A stretch of 64,000 bases of DNA from Planctomycetota bacterium (GTDB lineage: Bacteria; Planctomycetota; SZUA-567; H5-PLA8): assembly GCA_038227875.1 (NCBI GenBank), contig JBBRPR010000016.1, positions 64,001 to 128,000 on the forward strand. Reading direction: 5' to 3'. This document shows positions 1-9,603 of the stretch, piece by piece. The translations under genes and the position numbers were made by a program. The number at the start of each line of letters is the position of its first letter. Position 1 is the stretch's first letter. A model generated the notes under the pieces. The model was not told where the DNA came from. It was given only the letters and a program-made list of their open reading frames with translations, and searched no databases.

Positions 1-112
1 ATTATCTGCTCTGCGAGAAGCGCTCCTTGCGGTACGCTTGTACGTCCGCGGTGACGTGGTTGGGCGCGCGCTGGCGGGCAGGCTGGTGGATGCGATGAGT
101 CTACACGGGTAA

Positions 113-258
113 TTTTGAGTGTTTAGTTTTTAGTTTTTAGTTTTGAGTTGTGTTTGAAAAGAAGCGTTCAATTTGAGGGTGGGTTTTGAAAATAAGCATT
201 GAGGACGCATTGCCAGAGTGCAACGCAACTCAAAACTTAGAACTCAAAACTCAAAACT
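113..258. repeat. Inverted arrays of heptamer repeats (TTTTGAG/TTTTTAG ... CTCAAAA)
   Basis: Left arm 113-156 (ttttgagtgtttagtttttagtttttagttttgagttgtgtttg) is complementary to right arm 221-258 (caacgcaactcaaaacttagaactcaaaactcaaaact). Confidence 0.8.
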
Positions 259-265
259 GACCACC

Positions 266-646
266 ATGGCCGACGAACGGGAAGACGAACAGAAACTGTC
301 ACAGATCCTGCTGCGGGATGACCGCTTTGCGCGGGATGCGTATCGCTTCGTGCAGGAAGGTCTGGAATTCACCGTGCAGCGCCGCGGCAGGCGTGGGCAC
401 GTCAGCCCGCGCGAACTGCTTGAAGGGCTGCGCGACATGGCCAAGGAACGCTTCGGCCTGATGGCCCGCACCGTCCTCAACCAATGGGGCGTGATGAAGA
501 CCGGCCACTTCGGCGAAATCGTCTTCAACCTCGTTGACGAACAGATCATGTCGAAAGAAGATTCCGACACGCGCGAGGATTTTCAGGACGTCTACGATTT
601 TGAAGAAGTCTTCGACCACGGCATGCAGATTGAAATTGAAGAGTAA
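266..646 (+). CDS. Minf_1886-like conserved PVC protein
   Basis: D.RF..DAY.FV.EGL, HVSPRELLEG, FGLMARTVLNQWG and FGEIVFNLV motifs. ATG 266 chosen because the longer ORF start merely reads through the heptamer repeat. Confidence 0.8.
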   Translation: MADEREDEQKLSQILLRDDRFARDAYRFVQEGLEFTVQRRGRRGHVSPRELLEGLRDMAKERFGLMARTVLNQWGVMKTGHFGEIVFNLVDEQIMSKEDSDTREDFQDVYDFEEVFDHGMQIEIEE

Positions 647-712
647 TGTTCAGTGAGTTGCGATATGAAAAGTGGAGCAGTTGAGAACAGCGGATACGGA
701 TTTTAAGGAAGA

Positions 713-2173
713 GTGATGAGCGAGCACGAAATCACGGTGCTGGATGTGCTGGAGCGGTCCTGTCAGCGTGCCCCGCAGAGCGTGGCGATTGCGCTGCCGG
801 ACAACGCGGTCATCACCTACGAGCAACTCGTCGCGAAAAGCAAGCGCGCCGGCGCGGCCATCGCGGCCGCCAACAAGAGCGATGTCGTCGCGCTCTTCTT
901 CCCGATGGTCCCTGAATTCGTCATTGCCTACCTTGGCGCGCTCTACGCCAACAAATGCGTCCTGCCGCTCAACCTGCTCCTGCCGCCTGAAGAGATGAAG
1001 TGGATTCTGGCCGACGCCTCCGCCGAGAGCATCGTCGCGCCGCCGTCGCTGGCCGAAAAGGTCGCGCCGTTGGGCTTGCCGGTGATCAGTTTCGCGGATC
1101 TCTTCGGCACTGAGCTCTCGCCCGCCGCGCCGCGCCCGACTCCCGAATCGCTGGCCACACTTCTCTACACGTCCGGCACGACCGGCAAGCCCAAGGGCGT
1201 GATGCTGACGCACAAAAATCTCGCCTCGAATGCCGCCAGCGCCATCGACGCGATGCGGTTGGAAGCGTCGAGCCGCTTTCTCTCCTGCCTGCCGACGTTC
1301 CACTCCTTCGCCATCACCGGCACAATCCTCGCGCCGATCGCCGCGGGCGCATCGCTGGCGGCGCTGCCCAAGTTCGATCCGGAAGCCGTCCTCAACCTCG
1401 TCTCGACTTTGAAGTGCGACACGCTGCTGATGGTGCCGTCGATGTATCGCCTCGTCACCCGCATGCAGGAACGGCGTCCGCACGAATTGAAAATCCGCCT
1501 CGCTGTTTCCGGCGCCGAAGCGCTGCCCAGCGAAGTGCGCGAACGTTTCGAAAAAGTCTTCGGCGTCCCGCTGCTCGAAGGCTACGGCCAGACGGAAACC
1601 TCGCCAGTGATTTCGTTCAACATGCCGTGGGCCAACAAGCCCGGCACCGTTGGCAAACCGATCAAGGATGTCAAAGTCCGCATCACCGACGCGGCGACGC
1701 TTCAGGAACTGCCCGCGGATACCACCGGCGAAATCTGGATCAGTGGCCCCAACGTCATGAAGGGCTACCGCAATCGCGCTGAAGAGACCGCCGCCGTGCT
1801 TACCGCCGATGGCTGGCTGCGCACCGGCGACATGGGCGAGCTGACGTCCGATGGATTTATTCGCATCACCGGCCGCCTCCGGGAAATGATCAAAGTGGCT
1901 GGAGAAATGGTCTTTCCGGCTGAAGTCGAGCACGCGCTGCTGACCCATCCCAACGTCTTTGAAGCCGGCGTCGCCGGCGTAAAGGACGAACGCAAAGGCG
2001 AAATCGTTAAAGCGTTCGTTGTGCTCAAACCAGATCAAAAAGTGACCGAAGATGAGTTGCTGCAGCATTGCCGTACGAATCTCGCATCCTATAAGGTGCC
2101 GAAAGCGATTGAATTTCGTACGGAGTTACCCAAAGGCCCTACAGGGAAGGTATTGCGTCGGTTGCTGAAATAG
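713..2173 (+). CDS. Long-chain acyl-CoA ligase / AMP-binding enzyme
   Basis: YTSGTTGKPKG, EGYGQTE, RTGD and PKGPTGK adenylation motifs. Confidence 0.92.
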   Translation: MMSEHEITVLDVLERSCQRAPQSVAIALPDNAVITYEQLVAKSKRAGAAIAAANKSDVVALFFPMVPEFVIAYLGALYANKCVLPLNLLLPPEEMKWILADASAESIVAPPSLAEKVAPLGLPVISFADLFGTELSPAAPRPTPESLATLLYTSGTTGKPKGVMLTHKNLASNAASAIDAMRLEASSRFLSCLPTFHSFAITGTILAPIAAGASLAALPKFDPEAVLNLVSTLKCDTLLMVPSMYRLVTRMQERRPHELKIRLAVSGAEALPSEVRERFEKVFGVPLLEGYGQTETSPVISFNMPWANKPGTVGKPIKDVKVRITDAATLQELPADTTGEIWISGPNVMKGYRNRAEETAAVLTADGWLRTGDMGELTSDGFIRITGRLREMIKVAGEMVFPAEVEHALLTHPNVFEAGVAGVKDERKGEIVKAFVVLKPDQKVTEDELLQHCRTNLASYKVPKAIEFRTELPKGPTGKVLRRLLK

Positions 2174-2265
2174 AACCTTTTGCCTCAGCGTTTTCGGCTT
2201 GGTCGAAAATTTGCGCTGCTTCACCCCTAGTAGCCGAGCCTAATTTAGATAAAATAGAGAGTAAC

Positions 2266-2778
2266 GTGTCACGAGCCAAGCAGACGCCAAACAATTTTAG
2301 TTTCGTCATTCCCGCCGTCCTGGCCGGAATGGAGCGTCCCGGCACGTTTTCAAAATTGCGCGACGACTGCGAATTCCTCAAAAATCACAAGATCAGCGCC
2401 ATCGTCTCGCTCACCGAATCCCCGCTCGAACGTGTCTATATCGAAGAGTTCGGCTTCCGCTACCTGCATCTGCCCGTCGCGGATTTCACGCCGCCCAGCA
2501 TCGAACAGGTCGACATTTTCTTGAATTTTCAGCGCAAGGCCGAGTCCGATTCGCTCGCTACTGTGGTCCACTGTGGCGCAGGACTGGGGCGAACGGGCAC
2601 GATGCTGGCCTGCGCCCTTGTCTCCCGCGGATACGATGCCGATGTCGCCATCGATAAGCTTCGTACCCTGCGGCCCTATTCCATCGAAACGCTGGAACAG
2701 GAAGATTGTGTAAGACTTTATGCCGATGTGGTGGCCAAACGCGCGGCGGGCGGTAACATCGAGGGTCCTGATGAATAG
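2266..2778 (+). CDS. Dual-specificity / protein-tyrosine phosphatase
   Basis: HCGAGLGRTG (HCx5R) catalytic loop; DFTPP acid loop; RP.SIET..Q. Confidence 0.92.
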   Translation: MSRAKQTPNNFSFVIPAVLAGMERPGTFSKLRDDCEFLKNHKISAIVSLTESPLERVYIEEFGFRYLHLPVADFTPPSIEQVDIFLNFQRKAESDSLATVVHCGAGLGRTGTMLACALVSRGYDADVAIDKLRTLRPYSIETLEQEDCVRLYADVVAKRAAGGNIEGPDE

Positions 2779-4045
2779 GACTCAGGATCCAAGCATGGCC
2801 CGAAAGGGACCCAAAACTTTCGAACAGGTGGCTGTCGAGAACGGCCTGGTGACTGAAATCCAGGTCCGCGAATGCCTTTCCGAGCAGGAATCCGCTCGCA
2901 AGGACGACAGAGACCCTGATGAGCTCGAACAGATCATGCTCCGCAAGGGGTTCATGACGGAGCAGGAAGTTCACGCCGTGAAAACGGCCCTCGGACGCAT
3001 CACGCGCGACGAGGAAAAGGGCGAACCGCTCCGCATCGGCAACTACGAAATCATCGGCAAGATCGGCGACGGCGGACTGGGCACCGTGTACAAGGCGCGC
3101 CAGATCTCCATGTCCCGCGACGTCGCGTTGAAAGTCCTCCACAAAAAGTGGCTGACCGACGAAGAATTCAAAAAGCGCTTTCTGCTCGAAGCCCGCCTCG
3201 CCGGCCGCTTGAGCCACCAGAATCTGATCCAGGTCTACGACGTCGGCCGCGACCGCGGCATTTATTACTTCTCGATGGAATTCGTCGACGGCGAGACCGT
3301 CGAAGACCAGATCGAACGCGAAGGCCCGCTGGAAACGGCCAAGGCCATCGACGTGGTGATCCAGGTCCTCCGCTCGATCACCTACATCAAGCGCTTCGAC
3401 ATCGTCCACCGCGACATCAAGCCCGGCAACATCATGATGACGCGCAACGGGCTGGTGAAACTCGGCGACTTCGGCTTCGTGAAATCCAAGCTCGACCCCG
3501 TCATCGCCACCGAAGGCGAAGTGCTCGGCACTCCCGATTACATCTCGCCCGAACAGGCCATGGGCATGGAGAACATCGACTGGCGCTCCGACCAGTATTC
3601 GCTGGGCTGCACGCTCTATCACATGCTCACCGGCAAGCCGCCGTACGAAGGCTCGGGCAGCTCGGTGATGCGCCAGCACATCAAGTCCGATCTCCCGGAT
3701 CCGCGCACGATCAACCCCAAGATTCCCGACTCGGTCATCCAGATCCTCGAACGCATGATGGCCAAGGATCCCAACGACCGCTACCTCGACACCGACCAGT
3801 TCTTCGAAGACCTCGAGCTGGTGAAGATGGGCCAGGTCCCGTCGAGCGCCCGCCTGGACGCCGGCAAGTCGACGATCATCCGCGCCTTCAAGATCGAGCA
3901 AGTCCGCGCTCAGCGCGCCAAAACCGAAGTCGAAATCCTGCGCGAAGAAGTCCAGCGCATGAAAAAGTACATGACCGCCGCGTTGGTCGCTGCCGGAGTG
4001 ATGGCCGTGATCGCCCTCGGCGCACTGCTGCTTCACCTGCACTGA
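2771..4045 (+). CDS. Hanks-type Ser/Thr protein kinase with C-terminal coiled coil and single transmembrane helix
   Basis: GDGGLGTVY, VALK, HRDIKPGN, DFG and GTPDYISPEQ motifs; hydrophobic C-terminus. Alternative start at 2795. Confidence 0.93.
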   Translation: MNRTQDPSMARKGPKTFEQVAVENGLVTEIQVRECLSEQESARKDDRDPDELEQIMLRKGFMTEQEVHAVKTALGRITRDEEKGEPLRIGNYEIIGKIGDGGLGTVYKARQISMSRDVALKVLHKKWLTDEEFKKRFLLEARLAGRLSHQNLIQVYDVGRDRGIYYFSMEFVDGETVEDQIEREGPLETAKAIDVVIQVLRSITYIKRFDIVHRDIKPGNIMMTRNGLVKLGDFGFVKSKLDPVIATEGEVLGTPDYISPEQAMGMENIDWRSDQYSLGCTLYHMLTGKPPYEGSGSSVMRQHIKSDLPDPRTINPKIPDSVIQILERMMAKDPNDRYLDTDQFFEDLELVKMGQVPSSARLDAGKSTIIRAFKIEQVRAQRAKTEVEILREEVQRMKKYMTAALVAAGVMAVIALGALLLHLH

Positions 4046-4115
4046 GCTCTGTGCTGAGCACCTCCTCCCATAATCCATGGTTGTTCACGCGATCCGCGCC
4101 CAGTAACCTCGCGGC

Positions 4116-4712
4116 ATGACTGGCACCTCGGCTGAAACTCCTGGCACCACCCATCGTGGCGCCGCGATTCCCTTGATCGTCTCGCTCGCGGCCACCGCCG
4201 TTACCGTTTTGATCCTGCGCGGAGAAGGGCGACGCTGGTGGTGTGCGTGCGGGGAGCTTTCTCTCTGGGCCAGCAATATTAATTCATCGCATTGCTCGCA
4301 GCATCTGTTCGATCCGTACAGTTTCACGCACGTCGAACACGGACTGATCGCGTTCAGTCTGCTGACGTGGTTGCGTCCGGGCTGGAGCGTCACCTGGCGG
4401 CTGTGCGCGACGGTGCTCTACGCTTGCGGCTGGGAGATCCTGGAAAACTCCACGTACATCATTGAGCGTTACCGCGCGCACACGCTCGCGCTCAATTACC
4501 TCGGCGACAGTGTTGGGAACTCGATGGGCGACATTCTGTCGTGCGTCACGGGTTTTGCGATCGCCAGTAAACTCGGCCTGCGCCGGACGCTGGTGCTGTT
4601 TGTGGTGCTGGAGCTAATGCTGCTGGTGATCATCCGGGATAATTTGACGCTGAATGTGGTGATGTTGCTTTATCCGGTGAATGGGATTAAGGCGTGGCAG
4701 ATGGGAAGGTGA
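4116..4712 (+). CDS. DUF2585 (UPF0314) family membrane protein
   Basis: GR.WWCACG, SSH.SQHLFDPYSFTH..HG, WEILENS, Y.GDS..NS.GD and IRDNLTLN motifs. Confidence 0.88.
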   Translation: MTGTSAETPGTTHRGAAIPLIVSLAATAVTVLILRGEGRRWWCACGELSLWASNINSSHCSQHLFDPYSFTHVEHGLIAFSLLTWLRPGWSVTWRLCATVLYACGWEILENSTYIIERYRAHTLALNYLGDSVGNSMGDILSCVTGFAIASKLGLRRTLVLFVVLELMLLVIIRDNLTLNVVMLLYPVNGIKAWQMGR

Positions 4713-5252
4713 TTATTCAGCGCGGAATTCCTGCGACACCCATTCTCCAACCTCACTAACCAAAGTGTGATTTTTTAGTCGCGATAATAGACAAAAGATA
4801 AAATACGGAATCAGCAGTACGGCGAAAACGGCGCCAAAAGTTAGAAACCAGGTAATCTTGCCTGAGATGATGATACGCGTATTCATTAAGAACAGGCCAG
4901 ACACAACCAGGGCCAAGGCGATTATTGCAATCATCAAGTAACGTTGAAAATGAACTCCTGACTCCACAATTGCGCGCGCGGAATTTAACCGTCTATCGGA
5001 CCAGATAAGCCGTACATTTACACCCTGAAAAAGTCCACGCCGGGCACGAACTACACGTTCGGCGTATTTCAGTTTTACGGTCTTGTTGTCACCGGCGACT
5101 TGATGCTGCGTTATCGTATGAAATGCTTAGATCTGAAATTCCGATCCTAAATTTTTCGCCAAGCGTTTATGTGTCTTGAAGGTTGCGACATCCAGGCCTT
5201 TTACAATATCTGCATCGGGTATGTTGCCGATTGGAATATCATAATATGGCAT
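4713..5252 (-). pseudogene. Membrane protein gene interrupted by an in-frame TAA (5127-5129)
   Basis: ATG at 5252 with a TAAGGGAG RBS. The 180-codon frame is open except for one TAA, and both halves resemble CDS 17852..18349. Confidence 0.7.
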
Positions 5253-5286
5253 TCGCAACTCCCTTATACGCTGACTTGCAACACGA

Positions 5287-5625
5287 TCACGGTTGGTGCT
5301 TCCTCAACATCCACTCACACGTCCCCACCGCCACGCCGAGAATCAGCAGCGCCACCGCCACGTCGATCGCCACGCCCGATGCCGACCACGCCGAGAATCC
5401 GCTGGGAAACGATTTGTAACAGTCCTCCGGCCAGCCGCGCGCTTTCGAGTGTTCCCAGTGACGGACGAGCATGCCCGCTTCCGGTTGGACCAGCGGTTCG
5501 CTTTCCAGATTGGCGCTGAGGCGCGGATGCGAGTTGAGGAAGACGAGTATCCCCGCCATCAGCACGAGCACCAACCGGGTGCGGAGTTGCAGCGCGAAAC
5601 GCGAGCGGGACGGAATTTTGCCCAT
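5287..5625 (-). CDS. Small membrane protein of the 'RF.L.T.L.L ... GWP' family
   Basis: RFALQLRTRLVLVLMAGILVFLN...RGWP...IDVAVALLIL; resembles the C-terminal halves of the next two CDS. Start uncertain. Confidence 0.65.
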   Translation of the reverse strand: MGKIPSRSRFALQLRTRLVLVLMAGILVFLNSHPRLSANLESEPLVQPEAGMLVRHWEHSKARGWPEDCYKSFPSGFSAWSASGVAIDVAVALLILGVAVGTCEWMLRKHQP

Positions 5626-5713
5626 GAGCCAGGAGTCTAATCGGCAGAGTCGTGCATGAAAAGTCGCGCAATTCACGTCCAATTTAATGTAACCCTCTTG
5701 TGGAGAATCTGCT

Positions 5714-6346
5714 GTGAAGAGCGAAACCTCGTGGAGCGTGCTGGTCGTGTCCAATGTGCTGATGTCGCTCGTAATCACCTTTTCCTGCGTCGTGGTGGCA
5801 GGATTTGCGGTCGAAGGGCTGCTGCGACTGACGCGGGGAATGGATAGCGTGGGTGGATACCGCTTCGACTCGAGTCAGATTCAGATCGTGGTACTGGAAT
5901 ATTCCGTCGTCAGCGGCTTTCTGATGTCGCAGGTTTGTTTTGCATTGCGCTATGTCCAGCGGGGCGAAAAGCCGTGGCGAATCTTCCCGTTTCGATTGCG
6001 CATCCGCCTGGCGACCGCGCTGGCGCTGATGCTGGCGGCCAGCGGCATTCTCTGGTTGAATTTACCGACGGCCTCCGCGCTGAACACATCGGATAATCGC
6101 CTCTATTCATACCAAGGTTGGCCTTTCACGTTCACGGAGTACAGCTCTGCGAATCCGGCGGGGTCTCAACGAGATGCACAACCCGATGACCTCAATCGTA
6201 ACTATACCGCCGCCATTGCAAATGTTCTGATTTGTGGCGATGTTCTGCTGGTACTTGCGCTGATGACGGACCTATTTCTTTCCCGACGTGAACGTGACAG
6301 CGCAGCAATCGAGGCAATCCCCACGCATACAGGAGCCCCCGTATGA
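5714..6346 (+). CDS. Multi-pass membrane protein, 'GWPF' family
   Basis: GTG start after GGAG; four hydrophobic segments; paralogue of 6343..6975. Confidence 0.75.
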   Translation: MKSETSWSVLVVSNVLMSLVITFSCVVVAGFAVEGLLRLTRGMDSVGGYRFDSSQIQIVVLEYSVVSGFLMSQVCFALRYVQRGEKPWRIFPFRLRIRLATALALMLAASGILWLNLPTASALNTSDNRLYSYQGWPFTFTEYSSANPAGSQRDAQPDDLNRNYTAAIANVLICGDVLLVLALMTDLFLSRRERDSAAIEAIPTHTGAPV

Positions 6347-6975
6347 AGCCCAAGCTCAACTGGACTACGCTGCTCGTTTCCAATGCGCTACTGACTCTGC
6401 CAGTGACGTTCACCTTCGGGGTGCTCGGATTTCTGCTGGGCGATCTCCTCAATCTGTTGGCGCACGACGGCAACCTCCATTTGCTTCCCGAATACATGCG
6501 CCAGGAAGAAGCCCTTCGTGGAGTGTGCATTGCCGCCATGCTTCTCGCCGGCTTCGCCACCTCGCAGATCTGCTTCGTCGTGCGCGTGATCCGCGAAGAT
6601 ACCGCTCCGCTCTGGTCCCTGCGCTTCCGCCTGCTCACGTCGCTGATTCTGATGCTGGCCGCTGCGGGATTTCTGTACCTGAATGTACGCACCGTTGTCC
6701 TGCAGGATCAGACCAATTACACGATGGTGCGATACGGCTGGCCGTTTCAATATCTCCGCGAATCCACGTGGACGGGTTCGGCGCCGGAGCAGTACTGGTT
6801 CCACTTCAATTTCGGCTTGAACTTTCTCTTCTGCGGCGACCTGCTGCTGGTAATCATGGTCGTGATCGAGTTCTTTTTGTCGCGCCGGAAAACGGCGGAA
6901 ATGAGTGCGCCGAAATTGAGCGTCGTTTCGATCGAGAACGGATCGCTGCCGAATTTGGCGAACGTTCGAGTGTAG
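6343..6975 (+). CDS. Multi-pass membrane protein, 'GWPF' family
   Basis: ATGA overlap with the upstream paralogue; shared W..L.VSN.L, GF..SQ.CF, GWPF, CGD.LLV and FLSRR motifs. Confidence 0.78.
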   Translation: MKPKLNWTTLLVSNALLTLPVTFTFGVLGFLLGDLLNLLAHDGNLHLLPEYMRQEEALRGVCIAAMLLAGFATSQICFVVRVIREDTAPLWSLRFRLLTSLILMLAAAGFLYLNVRTVVLQDQTNYTMVRYGWPFQYLRESTWTGSAPEQYWFHFNFGLNFLFCGDLLLVIMVVIEFFLSRRKTAEMSAPKLSVVSIENGSLPNLANVRV

Positions 6976-7011
6976 AAATGTCAACCCCGACGTGGCTTCA
7001 AGAATGGATCG

Positions 7012-7368
7012 CTACTCTTGCATGCGCGCGACGGCGTTCTTCTCGTCCATGAAGGCGATGCGAATGCGGTAGTTGGCGAGTTCCTTCTCGTCGAGCATGG
7101 CGTAGATCATGATGATCAGCTTATCGCCGATGCAACCCAGGCGCGCGGCGGCGCCGTTCAAGGAAAACGCGCCGGCTTTCTTGCCGGTGATGGCGTAGGT
7201 GGTCCAGCGTTCGCCGTTATTGACGTTGGCGATTTCAACCTGCTCGCCTTCGACGATGTTCAGTCGGCGCATCAGGTCTTCGGGGATGGTCATCGAGCCG
7301 ACGTAATTGAGACTGGCGTCGGTGACGGTGGCGTGGTGAATTTTGCAGCGGCAGACGGGTCTGAGCAT
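7012..7368 (-). CDS. panD: Aspartate 1-decarboxylase
   Basis: KIH.ATVT, Y.GS self-cleavage site, NNGER.TTY and NGAAAR. Confidence 0.95.
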   Translation of the reverse strand: MLRPVCRCKIHHATVTDASLNYVGSMTIPEDLMRRLNIVEGEQVEIANVNNGERWTTYAITGKKAGAFSLNGAAARLGCIGDKLIIMIYAMLDEKELANYRIRIAFMDEKNAVARMQE

Positions 7369-7548
7369 TTCGGTATCCCACATTCAGTGACGACTAACGT
7401 GGCAGGCACGAACAACTTCTGATAATTCTAGTGCGCGGCAGTTCCGTCCGCAACGGCGTGAATTTTTGCGCGGATTTCGCGCATCGGCGCCACGCGACGG
7501 GCGTCGAAGAGGGTGGATCATTCTGCGAATTCATCAGGAGACGTTGAG

Positions 7549-8817
7549 ATGCGCACTGCTGCACTGTTGATCGCCGGACTGAGTCTGCTGTCGGCGAGCG
7601 TTTTCGCGGAAGAACCGGCACCGGCCTCCACCGATGGCGTGCTGCCGCTGACGCTGCTGGAAGCGTCGCGCAGCGGCGATGACAATGCCGCGGGAAAGGG
7701 CAGCATCGAGCTTGCCGTTGCCGCGCTGGCCGAGACCCCGCAGGGACGGTCGGGTCTCGCGATCAACAGCCCGGATGAAATGCGATTTCCCTACAGAATG
7801 GACTTCGATGCCCCCGGCGTCACGACCGCGGCGCTGAAGGCCGGCACGATCAAACTCCTGAAGCCCGGCGCGGACCATTCCCTCGTGCTGTGGGTGAAGG
7901 CGTCGATGGGCGACAACTACACGTACACGGTTCCCGTTGCGCTCTCGCGTTCCGGCAACACGCTCACGCTGGTGCTGGAACATTGGTACGACAACGGCGA
8001 CCGCGACAAGTCGTATTCGGTTCAATACAACTACCTGATCGACTCCGGGAAACTGGCGGCCGGCGAGTACAATCTGCGGCTCGTCGTCCGCTCGTTTCTG
8101 TTGGGCGATCAGAAGGGCTCGGTGCTGAAGCAGGCGTACAGAAGCAACAGCACCCGCGAAGGCGCGCTGAAATTTTCCGTGGGAGAAACGTCCGCCGCCG
8201 GCGACGTGCCGGTACTGAAAGAGGCGAAGGCAATCCCATCTGGACCGGCACTGGACGCCTTCTGGCAGTTGCCGCGCTGCGCGAAAGGCGCGGCGCGAGC
8301 GGAGAAGCACCCCAATCCCGGCGTCTACGCGGGAACGTTGGACATCCAGGCTTGGCTGAAAAGCACGCGGGTCGAAGCACCCGAATTGACGGCGCCCGCG
8401 CCGGCAGACCCGGTCTACGCGATGGTTGTCGGTCCGCTCATGAACTCCGGCGATTCGATCCGCCTGCGCAGCATCTGCAACATTTTTGACACGAAGAAAA
8501 TCACGCTGGAAGTGGAACTGTACCAGGACGACCGGCCGCGTCTGCAGAACGTTCGGTCGCATCCTGTGCTGCTGGTGCCCCTGCAATTTTCGGGCGCCGG
8601 CACGTACACGGTGGAAGTGCAATGGATCGGCTTGCACGCCAAGGATTCAAGCGGCCCGTACGTTCCCGAATCCGACGCCGTGGCGGCCGCATTGAAGAAG
8701 CTGGAGAACACGCGCGAGCTTGTCGTCGCTGCCGATCCCAACGCCGTGACGCCAAAACCGTCCTCGCCGCGCAACCCGCCGCCGACTGCCAAGCCGGGGG
8801 CGAATTCGGATTTCTAG
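7549..8817 (+). CDS. Secreted hypothetical protein with two internally repeated beta-rich domains
   Basis: AGGAG RBS; signal peptide ending VFA-EE; Pro-rich tail. Confidence 0.75.
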   Translation: MRTAALLIAGLSLLSASVFAEEPAPASTDGVLPLTLLEASRSGDDNAAGKGSIELAVAALAETPQGRSGLAINSPDEMRFPYRMDFDAPGVTTAALKAGTIKLLKPGADHSLVLWVKASMGDNYTYTVPVALSRSGNTLTLVLEHWYDNGDRDKSYSVQYNYLIDSGKLAAGEYNLRLVVRSFLLGDQKGSVLKQAYRSNSTREGALKFSVGETSAAGDVPVLKEAKAIPSGPALDAFWQLPRCAKGAARAEKHPNPGVYAGTLDIQAWLKSTRVEAPELTAPAPADPVYAMVVGPLMNSGDSIRLRSICNIFDTKKITLEVELYQDDRPRLQNVRSHPVLLVPLQFSGAGTYTVEVQWIGLHAKDSSGPYVPESDAVAAALKKLENTRELVVAADPNAVTPKPSSPRNPPPTAKPGANSDF

Positions 8818-8922
8818 TTCCGAGTGTGATTTAATTTGATTCGATGAAAAACCGAACGTGTTTGTGAATATTCTGGGGCTGACTATCATCTCTGGCGATT
8901 ATTGCCATGGATGCGGAGCCCT

Positions 8923-9450
8923 ATGACAGAAGAGCCTATTGTCGTCGACGTTCGTCTTACACAAGCCGACTACATGCACTTCAACAAATGGCATTTTTAT
9001 AAGAGAAATCCGATCAGTAGTTTTTTGGTCGTCATGTCGTATCTCTCTATAGGTCTATTTCTCCTTGTGAATCTCTGGCCAAACCGTTGGATTCAATGCG
9101 AATTTACCCAATCCCTGTACATGCTCATTCTGCCATTCTTCTATTTGGTGTTCATTCCGTATTCGGTCGTCGCCGGATACAAAAAAATGGCAAAGTCCGA
9201 TCCCTCCCGTCTGGAAATGCATTACGAGTTTCTACCCGATTGTATTCGAGTAACGTTGCCCGCGTCCAAAGTTGAAGAGACTTGGGCAAATTATCAGAAT
9301 GTGGTCGAAACTCCGTCGCACTATTTTCTTTACCTAAGTTCGGTGCAGGCTCGCATTATCCCGAAGCGCGACCTGTCAGAGGACAAACTCGCCACTTTCC
9401 GGGAATTCATTGACCGCAACATCGACAAGACGAAACTCGTTCGCGGCTGA
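8923..9450 (+). CDS. YcxB-like membrane protein
   Basis: Two TM helices followed by W......ET..HYFLY......IIPKR. Confidence 0.8.
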   Translation: MTEEPIVVDVRLTQADYMHFNKWHFYKRNPISSFLVVMSYLSIGLFLLVNLWPNRWIQCEFTQSLYMLILPFFYLVFIPYSVVAGYKKMAKSDPSRLEMHYEFLPDCIRVTLPASKVEETWANYQNVVETPSHYFLYLSSVQARIIPKRDLSEDKLATFREFIDRNIDKTKLVRG

Positions 9451-9603
9451 ACACAGCCGCTTTAATGCGGCAGCAACTGGTCGAAGTGCCTCACGTTGTG
9501 CGCGAAATCGTGGTCGCAAATTTGCGACCACCCAAAACCAACGACCTCGCAAACCAAATATGGACTGATTCCGGCAAAGGTGTGAGCGCGGCTTGCGAAA
9601 TTC

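Noticed and set aside
218..265. N-terminal extension MQRNSKLRTQNSKL
   Set aside because: It is a translation of the heptamer repeat; ATG 266 is the better start.
5127..5129. Programmed recoding (Sec/Pyl) at the internal stop
   Set aside because: The codon is TAA, which is not used for Sec or Pyl; mutation or sequencing error is simpler.
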